64,000 nt of DNA. Source: a virus. Location: positions 1-64,000 of IMG/VR virus record IMGVR_UViG_3300027762_000294. One strand, given 5' to 3'. The translations under genes were made by a program, and so were the position numbers. Below the pieces are notes generated by a model. That model was not told where the DNA came from. It did no database searches and worked only from the letters and a program-made list of their open reading frames with translations. Position 1 is the first letter of the stretch; every line of letters begins with the position of its first letter. Shown piece by piece: positions 1-7,943 of the stretch.

Positions 1-333
1 TTATTGTCACCTTTAGAGAACGAGGCGTTCAACCAATATTTGTTACTTTTGCACTGAAAATAAAATTTTAATCAATTCTCATCGCTATTTTTTAATCAAT
101 TCCCATTGGGAACGGTAAAGATAGAGAATACGTCAAATTGAGTATTAGTTACTAATTGAAAAACGGCGTTTTGCATACATTAACTAATACCCAATTGAGC
201 GTATTCATTAATTTTTTACCGTTCCCAATGGGAATTGATTAAAAAATAGCGATGAGAATTGATTAAAATTTTATTTTCAGTGCAAAAGTAACAAATATTG
301 GTTGAACGCCTCGTTCTCTAAAGGTGACAATAA
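1..333. repeat. Terminal fold-back palindrome (putative hairpin genome end)
   Basis: 1-119 is the exact reverse complement of 215-333. The centre (120-214) pairs imperfectly: 126-132/200-206, 142-151/181-190, and 160-164/168-172 around a GGC apex. Confidence 0.9.
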
Positions 334-511
334 TCCGTTTTTCGGGGTCTTTGGGATTTTTACCTGTCATACCGTTCCCTTTTGGGAATGTAATCTGCTA
401 TTCCTATGGAAAAAAACCGGCGGGGATGCCAAAAAGGAATTCATTAAGATAACGTTTGACAAATTAATCCAAAAAAAGGAAAAAAATCTATAACTTTTTT
501 TCAAAAAAACC

Positions 512-540
512 TTGACTTCTTTCCACAACCGAGCTATAAT
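512..540 (+). promoter_or_regulatory. sigma70-type early promoter P1
   Basis: TTGACT-17 nt-TATAAT with an A/T-rich upstream tract; near-identical copies at 994 and 2492. Confidence 0.9.
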
Positions 541-574
541 TACATTATCAAAACTAAACAAAGGGCGGTTTAAC

Positions 575-931
575 ATGAAACAACAACACGATTTGGGCAC
601 ACAACTACTTCTCAGCCATATGTTACTCATCGAATTAAAAGCTATGAGCAACAATTCCACTGAATATGAGGGTTTGGGAGGTGTGACTGAGTTAGTGAAA
701 ATTATGACCAAGCAACCACTGCCGGAGGATTATGAGAAGTTTGTGAAGGTCCATGTAGAGCTACAGCAAATGGATTGCGCCATAGGGTTTTTACACCAGG
801 GCGATCCCTTTTTCTATGATCTGGATACCGGTTATCTAGTGATGATTATTGACAATGATGTGACTATGTCAATAACCTTCACACCTGAAGGCACCCAAGC
901 CGTTATGGAAGCCATGACCATCTCGTATTAA
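575..931 (+). CDS. Early hypothetical protein, paralogue family A
   Basis: ATG at 575, downstream of P1 (the track's TTG start at 512 is the -35 box). C-terminal FFYDLDTGYLVM motif is shared with the ORFs at 2553, 2917 and 5108. Confidence 0.8.
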   Translation: MKQQHDLGTQLLLSHMLLIELKAMSNNSTEYEGLGGVTELVKIMTKQPLPEDYEKFVKVHVELQQMDCAIGFLHQGDPFFYDLDTGYLVMIIDNDVTMSITFTPEGTQAVMEAMTISY

Positions 932-993
932 CCTTTAACTGTGCCCTGTAAGGGGCACAATCACTGACCCCTCCAAAAAAAAGAAAAAAAACC

Positions 994-1022
994 TTGACTT
1001 CTGTCCACAACCGAGCTATAAT
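994..1022 (+). promoter_or_regulatory. sigma70-type early promoter P2
   Basis: TTGACT-17 nt-TATAAT; same spacer and leader family as P1. Confidence 0.9.
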
Positions 1023-1055
1023 TACATCATCAAAACTAAACAAAGGAAAAGTTGT

Positions 1056-1802
1056 ATGGCAATTAAGGTGTTTGAAATCTCACAACGGCGATTAAAAATC
1101 GCACTAGATCAGTATACGAAGGGAAGTAAATTACTGATCCAAGTTACTAGCAAGAATGTGTCGTTAATGGTTGACAAATACGGGATTTGTTTTGAGTATA
1201 CCGTGCCCTCTTATTATGAAGGTGAAGGTTTTTGGTTAGCGGTCTCCCAAGATACTGTTAAGCGGTTAAAATCCGAAGTTGGTAAAAACAACAAACTTGT
1301 CAAATGTTATTATGACGCTCATCCTGCCAACTCGTTGAGTTTCGTATTGTATAACGCAACGGTTGGCGTAAAAGAAACATCGATCTCAAGTCAAGCCCCA
1401 TATGACACTGAGAGATTTGAACTGTCCACTCCCGGTGCCCCTGTTAAATTGGAGTATGGTTCTCTTTGTAAAGCAGTTGAAAATGTGAAGACAGAGAACG
1501 TAACTGAAAAAACCCCCACAGTGGTTTTGCGGCTTTATCCGGATAAAACAACCCTTGGCAGAATGATTGGTGCAGAAGAAGAGTATCTGATACATGGTGA
1601 TTGTGCTGGTGACAAGTATCCGGGCTTTGTTAGATTGGGTATGCCAAACGCCCCCATCTACTCTATCCATCTTGAGCTTTCTACCCTAACTACCATACTC
1701 AAGGCTATGCAACCACTATGTCTAGTGTTTGATAATAATGTGCGGTCTAACAAGATCATCATCAACGGTATCGAAGGTTGTACCTGGTACTTACGATATT
1801 AA
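1056..1802 (+). CDS. Early hypothetical protein (possible sliding-clamp-like fold)
   Basis: 248-aa ORF with AAGGA RBS, directly after P2. The hydrophobic pattern resembles clamp domains (weak). Confidence 0.7.
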   Translation: MAIKVFEISQRRLKIALDQYTKGSKLLIQVTSKNVSLMVDKYGICFEYTVPSYYEGEGFWLAVSQDTVKRLKSEVGKNNKLVKCYYDAHPANSLSFVLYNATVGVKETSISSQAPYDTERFELSTPGAPVKLEYGSLCKAVENVKTENVTEKTPTVVLRLYPDKTTLGRMIGAEEEYLIHGDCAGDKYPGFVRLGMPNAPIYSIHLELSTLTTILKAMQPLCLVFDNNVRSNKIIINGIEGCTWYLRY

Positions 1803-1857
1803 CATCACGCGCCCTGCAAGGGGCGCTTTATCAACCCAAAGAAAGAGGAATTGATGT

Positions 1858-2421
1858 ATGTCTAACACTTTATTTTATACACCCCATACCCTTGACGACA
1901 AAGGAAACCTTTTAGTCCACGCTGTGAAAACAGAATGTGGTTATGTAATTACGAAAAAGAATCCCGCAAACGACTACCCGGGTTATATAGAAGAGGTAGC
2001 TCTAGAATTGCCGTTGCCAGAACAAATACTAACCTCGTTTGATCTTGGGACTCTCAGACTGGGACTTTTAGATTTATGCGTAGTAACGCATTATCCCCGC
2101 TACATAGAGCGGGATCTTCTTACTCAATATCAGAACGAGGTTTTGAACTTTCTGATTCAACAGGTTCAAACCTTAGGTTTAGATTTTAGTGCTCACATGC
2201 CCTTGAGAGAGCTCCAATGTTTTCTATACCGGGTCCTTGTGAAATCGGATATGACAATTGACGAGTTTATTGATCACGTGTTGGGTTATATATCTCAATC
2301 GCAATTACGCATTTCTCTTTTGCCAACTAAAACGTCAGCCGAATCGACAGAAGTTGAAATGTCGCTTTTTGAATATAGACTCAAACTTATGCGAATCATA
2401 CACGCGGTGGTTAATGGTTAG
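1858..2421 (+). CDS. Early hypothetical protein, paralogue family B
   Basis: GAGG RBS; motifs LFYTPHT / PEQILT / YPRYI / MSLFEY shared with the ORFs at 3340 and 4494. Confidence 0.8.
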   Translation: MSNTLFYTPHTLDDKGNLLVHAVKTECGYVITKKNPANDYPGYIEEVALELPLPEQILTSFDLGTLRLGLLDLCVVTHYPRYIERDLLTQYQNEVLNFLIQQVQTLGLDFSAHMPLRELQCFLYRVLVKSDMTIDEFIDHVLGYISQSQLRISLLPTKTSAESTEVEMSLFEYRLKLMRIIHAVVNG

Positions 2422-2491
2422 TCCATAACAGGTGCGCCCTGAAAGGGGCGCTAGAAAGGAAAACACTCTACAACTTTTTTTTCAAAGACCC

Positions 2492-2520
2492 TTGACTTCT
2501 TTCCATAACCTGGCTATAAT
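2492..2520 (+). promoter_or_regulatory. sigma70-type early promoter P3
   Basis: TTGACT-17 nt-TATAAT followed by the same TACATTAT..AAACT.AACAAAGG leader. Confidence 0.9.
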
Positions 2521-2552
2521 TACATTATACAAACTGAACAAAGGAGTAATAA

Positions 2553-2864
2553 ATGAGCAACACGTATGAATTGGCTAGTAAAGCCATGAATGACTTGATC
2601 ACCATGACGTTGATCGACCCCGAAACTTTTGTTAAACATTTAGATGCCGCCGCTGATAATGCCGCTTCTGGCTTGGTGGATTGTGACTTCATATGGGGTT
2701 TAAAAAACGCGGTATTCTTTAAATACCAAGAATGCGTGTATGTACTTGATTTAGATCGTTGGATTTTGTATGCTGTTATTGATGACGGTTTTATCTTGAG
2801 TAAGGAGATCCCAGAAGAGGGAATAACGGGCGTTAATGACGAGTTAGAATTACAGTCCTATTAA
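2553..2864 (+). CDS. Early hypothetical protein, paralogue family A
   Basis: AAGGAG RBS; YVLDLDRWILYAVIDDG motif. Confidence 0.8.
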   Translation: MSNTYELASKAMNDLITMTLIDPETFVKHLDAAADNAASGLVDCDFIWGLKNAVFFKYQECVYVLDLDRWILYAVIDDGFILSKEIPEEGITGVNDELELQSY

Positions 2865-2916
2865 TCAACCGCGCCCTGCAAGGGGCGCTCAATCAATCCA
2901 AAGAAAGGAAAAAAAT

Positions 2917-3285
2917 ATGTTGTATACAGATCACTTGTTACCAGATAATAACCAAGGCTTGCTCAATATGGCGTTCTTTGCCGGGCTGTTGTTAGTAGAT
3001 CAGACGAACAGTGATGAGGGGCGTAATAGTTTTCTTAAAATGATGCATGTCCCCATTTACGGCGGTGGCTATAGTGAGGAAGAGGTAACCCATTGGTCAA
3101 ACCACTTGCATGATGAGTTCCCGTTGTTAGACCGCGGGAATTTCTTAATCACAACAACCGTGAAGTTCCCAACGTTTTACGAACTGGATTCTGGGACGTT
3201 GTTTATGGTTGTCATGCCCGGCGTCATGCTAACATTCTTAATCGACCCTGAACCAGCCAAGTTAATTCGTGATAGCCTCAAATAA
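2917..3285 (+). CDS. Early hypothetical protein, paralogue family A
   Basis: AAGGA RBS; TFYELDSGTLFM motif. Confidence 0.8.
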   Translation: MLYTDHLLPDNNQGLLNMAFFAGLLLVDQTNSDEGRNSFLKMMHVPIYGGGYSEEEVTHWSNHLHDEFPLLDRGNFLITTTVKFPTFYELDSGTLFMVVMPGVMLTFLIDPEPAKLIRDSLK

Positions 3286-3339
3286 TCAACCGCGCCCTGC
3301 AAGGGGCGCTCAATCAATCCAAAGAAAGGAGATAAATGT

Positions 3340-4008
3340 ATGAGCGACAATCGTTATTGGTATAGACCCAACACTATATATGATAATGAAGGAGAAACTT
3401 ACCGGTTGTTATTCAGTGAATTTCATTCAGGTGATTATTATACCACTACAATGTTGAACAAAAACGGTATTACTGGCAAATTTAGCGATCATTCGTTTAC
3501 AACAGTACCCTTTGAAAACATCTTGTACCCTGAACATGTATTGACCCCGTATGAGCTTAGTGCCTTAGCAACTGATGATGATTTATGGCTTTCCCCTTAC
3601 CCAGGATACCTACAACCGAGAGATGTTAATCCTGAATATATGTACTTACTGTTTGACCTTACAAGAATACTTTCTGACTCAACAATAGAATTGCCTATCA
3701 ATGATGTTGACCGTCTGTTGAAGTTTTTACAAACCACTTCCCCGTTTCGTGATAACTTAGGGGTGCATAATTTTGTTATAGAATTGTTGTTTAACCAACT
3801 ACGCAACACTAAGATTGAAAGTTATCGTACTGACTTCCCATCTAATGTATGGGCAACGACGAACACTGGTAGTATGTCACTGTTTGATTACATCTTAGTT
3901 TTGATGAATGCCTTACGCCCACGGCTTTATGGGTTATCAACAATTAGCGAACGCCCCAAAGAACGCCATATTGAGCCTTTAAACAAACAGCGTGATTTCA
4001 AACGTTAA
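3340..4008 (+). CDS. Early hypothetical protein, paralogue family B
   Basis: AAGGAG RBS; YWYRPNT / PEHVLT / YPGYL / MSLFDY. Confidence 0.8.
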   Translation: MSDNRYWYRPNTIYDNEGETYRLLFSEFHSGDYYTTTMLNKNGITGKFSDHSFTTVPFENILYPEHVLTPYELSALATDDDLWLSPYPGYLQPRDVNPEYMYLLFDLTRILSDSTIELPINDVDRLLKFLQTTSPFRDNLGVHNFVIELLFNQLRNTKIESYRTDFPSNVWATTNTGSMSLFDYILVLMNALRPRLYGLSTISERPKERHIEPLNKQRDFKR

Positions 4009-4050
4009 TCAACCGCGCCCTGAAAGGGGCGCAAAGAAAGGAGAGAATAA

Positions 4051-4413
4051 ATGTCATTACCTGAAGTAAATCCTATTATGGTATATGGACTTCGTACTTT
4101 ATTGCACAATTTTCCTAATTGTGTTTCAGGGGTGGATACATCAACACCTGATTATTTTGAAAAAGCCTTGTCTGTAATTGATGAAAACAACAAACAGTTT
4201 GTTAATGGGAGTTGGTATATTTCGATAGGAGGTATTTTAGACCTTATTTATAAATTGGGTCATAGTGGTCTCGTAGATTTTTTAAAAGACAAAGGTATCC
4301 ACCCGTATGGCAACCCACGGTTTAAGATGGAGTTGGTCTTTAATACATTAACATTAACTGCGCCCTGCAATCCAATAAAGAGAGGGAATATGATTGAAGA
4401 AGACCGTAAATGA
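4051..4413 (+). CDS. Early hypothetical protein
   Basis: AAGGAG RBS; the 3' end reads through a collapsed hairpin/RBS unit. Confidence 0.7.
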   Translation: MSLPEVNPIMVYGLRTLLHNFPNCVSGVDTSTPDYFEKALSVIDENNKQFVNGSWYISIGGILDLIYKLGHSGLVDFLKDKGIHPYGNPRFKMELVFNTLTLTAPCNPIKRGNMIEEDRK

Positions 4414-4493
4414 AGTCTTTCTTAAAACAGAAAGAACGTTTGTTTACCCCGGGTCAAAATTTGAAAGACATGCAGAATTGGGAGGCAGAATAA

Positions 4494-5066
4494 ATGGCTC
4501 ATCTTTTATATAAACCGTACACGTTTTTTAAGGGTGTAAGACTTGTTGAGGCGGTTGGTAATATGGTGACTGCAATTCTAGGAACGGGATGCAAGGTCAA
4601 GTTTTATTGCCCAGTCATACCATGCTCGAATTCCTTCATGAATATTGGAGAGGTCATGGCATTACGTGATTTCACCCGTGATTTAGAGTCAGAGGTTTAT
4701 CCTGATTATATGTGTTATTTTCCATTAGCACATAAGTACCATTTTTTAGAGGTCGGTATAAAAAGAATCATGAGTGATCCCCTGCAGTATCCTATAGAAT
4801 TAAGTGAGTTACTGTGTTTTGAGGACATACTGTTCAGACTTATTTATGATGGGGGTGATACTCCTGATGAATTGGCTGGGCGGATTCTCAGTGAACTCGA
4901 GGGTAACATCATAATGGATTATCTTACTGATGATTTTGTGCCCATACCCATCAACACTTCTGTGTTCAACATGTTGTCGTCTATGATACAAGTCACATAC
5001 CCACGGGCAAACCCGCGGTATAAGAATCGTGCTCTAAATGGGGCATGGGACATAGGACAGAAGTAA
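4494..5066 (+). CDS. Early hypothetical protein, paralogue family B
   Basis: GGAGG RBS; LLYKPYT / YPDYM / TSVFNM. Confidence 0.75.
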   Translation: MAHLLYKPYTFFKGVRLVEAVGNMVTAILGTGCKVKFYCPVIPCSNSFMNIGEVMALRDFTRDLESEVYPDYMCYFPLAHKYHFLEVGIKRIMSDPLQYPIELSELLCFEDILFRLIYDGGDTPDELAGRILSELEGNIIMDYLTDDFVPIPINTSVFNMLSSMIQVTYPRANPRYKNRALNGAWDIGQK

Positions 5067-5107
5067 AATCAACCGCGCCCTGAAAGGGGCGCTTTATTAA
5101 TTCAAGA

Positions 5108-5458
5108 ATGAGGAAAGAAGTTATGTGCTTATCTGTTGCAAAAGAATTACGGTTGTTGATGGTCACTAAGTTTACATTACATGAAGCGGCTGGCATTATC
5201 CTAAACAATCGAGTTGAGTATGACGAGTCTTACTCGTGGCTCTTGACTGAATGCTCGCCCCGTAAGAACTGCATTCTGTTTGGGTATAAAACTTGCCTAT
5301 TCAAATTTGATCTGATGGATGGCTGCTTGATTTTTGAAGGGGATGAACCCGGGTCCACTATGCAGTTATATCTGGACTCAGACCCTCAGATACACCAGCA
5401 GTATCTAGATAGATTTATCCCTTATTTAACCTGGCTTCCTTGGCTACGCGATCTATAA
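5108..5458 (+). CDS. Early hypothetical protein, probable family A
   Basis: LFKFDLMDGCLIF motif; last gene before the terminator. Confidence 0.7.
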   Translation: MRKEVMCLSVAKELRLLMVTKFTLHEAAGIILNNRVEYDESYSWLLTECSPRKNCILFGYKTCLFKFDLMDGCLIFEGDEPGSTMQLYLDSDPQIHQQYLDRFIPYLTWLPWLRDL

Positions 5459-5485
5459 CGCTGTAAAGTAAAGTAACCTAACCAC

Positions 5486-5517
5486 AACCCGGCAAGTGTT
5501 TACGCCGGGTTTTTTTT
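5486..5517 (+). terminator. Rho-independent terminator closing the early array
   Basis: AACCCGGC-loop-GCCGGGTT with a T run. Confidence 0.85.
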
Positions 5518-5587
5518 GCCTGGCTATATGGCATGGGGTATATACGATCGTTCAACCTTGGGGCTCCTAGGGCAATCCAAAGGGAAG

Positions 5588-6215
5588 GAAAGGATCTTCT
5601 TTACCGGGCTAAGTTCAATTACATCTTGTAAGTGTATACTTGTGTTTAGAATTTACCGCCATATAGAGTATACATACAAGTTTATTATGAAAATTATTCC
5701 TATCAATCAAGGGCTTACGTGATTTCAGATCACTTAGACTAAATTTTCCTATTATCTCTCTTCTTCAAATTTAAAACTTCTTAAGTTATTGATTATTCAC
5801 ACTTATCTCTCTCAATCTTTTTCGACACTTTGACAGTTTCTTATGACGTATTAAATACCATCCCCTACCCTATACTACGTTAAAGCAATTCAAGGAAATG
5901 AAAGGATCTTCTTTACCGGGCTAAGTTCAATTACATCTTGTAAGTGTATACTTGTGTTTAGAATTTACCGCCATATAGAGTATACATACAAGTTTATTAT
6001 GAAAATTATTCCTATCAATCAAGGGCTTACGTGATTTCAGATCACTTAGACTAAATTTTCCTATTATCTCTCTTCTTCAAATTTAAAACTTCTTAAGTTA
6101 TTGATTATTCACACTTATCTCTCTCAATCTTTTTCGACACTTTGACAGTTTCTTATGACGTATTAAATACCATCCCCTACCCTATACTACGTTAAAGCAA
6201 TTCAAGGAAATGAAA
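5588..6215. repeat. Perfect 312-bp tandem duplication (non-coding)
   Basis: 5588-5899 is repeated at 5900-6211, with GAAA microhomology at the junctions. Confidence 0.9.
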
Positions 6216-6649
6216 TAAGATGTTACTACCCTTAAATATATATATATTTTAAATCTTAAACTTTTTTAAAAAATATAATATAAGTGATCTTAAACTATGT
6301 AAGCTATTAATATATAAGAAGAATTTTTATAATAAATGGGTATTATACGTCGTATGAAAGATACTTCAATGTAGTAAAATATGGCGGGGTTTGACGTGTT
6401 TCAAAGTAAACTTCCAATGTACCTTAAACTGCGCCGTTGACGCGATCTTAAGTTTTCCTAAATAAACAAGCCACTTTCCTCTATAACTTGAATACCCACA
6501 CTAATAATAAATGTTAATCTTTTTTGACCCTTTGGAAGTGGGGTTATTGCTGGCGATATATTGGGGTTTTGGTTACGTTTTTCCCCTGTTTGTGAAGATT
6601 CATCTTCCAATGTCTAAAAAAGTCTGTATCGTTATAAATCAATAACTTA
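5705..6649. promoter_or_regulatory. Cluster of IHF-consensus sites (WATCAANNNNTTR)
   Basis: Exact matches at 5705-5717(+), 5782-5794(-), 6017-6029(+), 6094-6106(-) and 6637-6649(+); one-mismatch site at 6300-6312(-). Confidence 0.6.
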
Positions 6650-6713
6650 AGCGCGGTCAAAAGTGATACTTTGATTGATGTTTTAGTTACGTTTTTCCCT
6701 GTTTGTGAAGATT
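6572..6713. repeat. 28/29-bp direct repeat GTTACGTTTTTCCC(C)TGTTTGTGAAGATT x2
   Basis: Copies at 6572-6600 and 6686-6713, flanking the IHF-like site at 6637. Confidence 0.85.
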
Positions 6714-6993
6714 ATCTTTGGCTGCGCTTCTGCCCTAATCAACCTTTCTTCTTTTATTGGATTGATTTTGCCCTACAACGTCCTAATCGCCCCACCCTTA
6801 AACGATTACATCCCTAGGCATAATGATCCGGCTTAACTGAGATCTCTTTACCACGGGGCTATTACACCCCTTCTTTATGATTTGAGGGGGCGTGGGCATT
6901 TTTAGAATTTTTTTGATACAGGACTAAGGCAGGCGTATTCACGCATTTGAAGGAGGGGGGGGGTGTAGTATCGTTCCCATCGCTCGTTTGGAG

Positions 6994-7078
6994 GGTAAGT
7001 CGCCCTCATTCCAATTCCCACTACGTAGTAGGAGGTTAACATTACGATAGTGGTAAGTCGCCCTCATTCCAATTCCCA
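6994..7078. repeat. 27-bp direct repeat GGTAAGTCGCCCTCATTCCAATTCCCA x2
   Basis: Copies at 6994-7020 and 7052-7078, 31 nt apart. Confidence 0.85.
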
Positions 7079-7235
7079 TTCCATAATGAAATTGCCCTAC
7101 GAAAGTACCGTTGGTCGGACCTTTGGCTACACTCAGGGGAATACCGCTGGTATTCTAAAGGGGAGTGGTTTATACTATTATTAATGAGGGGAAGAAAACA
7201 TAAACTAACATTTACTTAAACAGGAGACATAAAGC

Positions 7236-7583
7236 ATGATTACTGCATACAAACGCGCTTGGGTCAAAGATATGACCAAAATGATTAAAGAGGTCTTGGA
7301 AAGCCTAGACCCAAATAAGTTACCCTTGACAGGGTATGATGCCGAGGTGCATATTGATGTTCTCAAGTTAGTTGAGACTTTACGTGGCATTGAACCGTTG
7401 TTACCAGCGTTAGAGTCAAAACACCTCATCCGACGCCATGCAAAGAACATTGTAGCTGCATTGAATGTTTGTTTTGATGAGGATGTTGATGTGGAAACCA
7501 GATTGCTTCACGCAAGTTTAGTTTACGCGTTATTGAAGTTAATTCCCGTGTCTGGCTCTGAGGATACCGACGAGTCAACTTAA
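7236..7583 (+). CDS. Hypothetical protein
   Basis: 115-aa ORF, AGGAG RBS, followed by a terminator. Confidence 0.75.
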   Translation: MITAYKRAWVKDMTKMIKEVLESLDPNKLPLTGYDAEVHIDVLKLVETLRGIEPLLPALESKHLIRRHAKNIVAALNVCFDEDVDVETRLLHASLVYALLKLIPVSGSEDTDEST

Positions 7584-7590
7584 CAATAAT

Positions 7591-7616
7591 GAAAAAGGGG
7601 CACCGCCCCTTTTTTC
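7591..7616 (+). terminator. Rho-independent (possibly bidirectional) terminator
   Basis: GAAAAAGGGGC-ACC-GCCCCTTTTTTC. Confidence 0.75.
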
Positions 7617-7622
7617 TGGAGG

Positions 7623-7943
7623 TTGCTTATGCAATATGATGTAATACATTATCCAGGGTTTTCACTTGTTAGACGCGAGCTTTATGATGAATATGTGACT
7701 GGGGAAAAGGGGCTAACGCAGATAGACTTAGAACCCGAATACATGCTAATCAAAGATGGGTCTGTAACCCCGATTCCCCAGTTATTTGAAGAGGCGTTGA
7801 GACTGGGGTTGGACACTTATCTTAGCGGTGGGAATCGTCCCGGGACTACATTCTCTTCTTTGGTTGCTGGGTTTAATTCCTGGAATGCCTTGACTCAGGG
7901 CAGCTTAACTGACATGAAGGATGTGCTTTATGATACCGACTAA
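7623..7943 (+). CDS. Hypothetical protein
   Basis: 106-aa ORF; GGAGG before the ATG at 7629. Confidence 0.65.
   Translation: MLMQYDVIHYPGFSLVRRELYDEYVTGEKGLTQIDLEPEYMLIKDGSVTPIPQLFEEALRLGLDTYLSGGNRPGTTFSSLVAGFNSWNALTQGSLTDMKDVLYDTD

Larger units (their letters stand above)
940..5092 (+). repeat. Dispersed intergenic GNRA-tetraloop hairpin GYGCCCT-GNAA-GGGGCRC (7 intact copies, 1 collapsed)
   Basis: Copies at 941-958, 1809-1826, 2434-2451, 2871-2888, 3292-3309, 4015-4032 and 5075-5092; half copy at ~4360-4370. Each intact copy lies just after a stop codon. Confidence 0.9.

Noticed and set aside
1-333. Protelomerase (telRL-type) target site
   Set aside because: Such sites are perfectly palindromic at the centre; this centre is mismatched, and no protelomerase is seen in the window
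302-711. ORFs 302-493(+) and 367-711(-)
   Set aside because: They overlap the palindrome arm, promoter and A/T tracts or lie antisense to a real gene; no RBS
519-1010. DnaA-box-like TTTCCACA / TGTCCACA in promoter spacers
   Set aside because: One or two mismatches to TTWTNCACA and not kept in the third promoter
940-5092. Hairpin repeats as a CRISPR array or integron attC sites
   Set aside because: The intervening sequences are whole genes; the repeats are 18 bp with no GTTRRRY/RYYYAAC ends; no cas or integrase gene
5516-5722. 68-aa ORF
   Set aside because: TTG start inside the terminator T tract, no RBS, and it runs into the non-coding duplication
6994-7078. Bona fide CRISPR array
   Set aside because: Only two repeats, no recognisable repeat family and no cas genes; kept only as a low-score repeat finding
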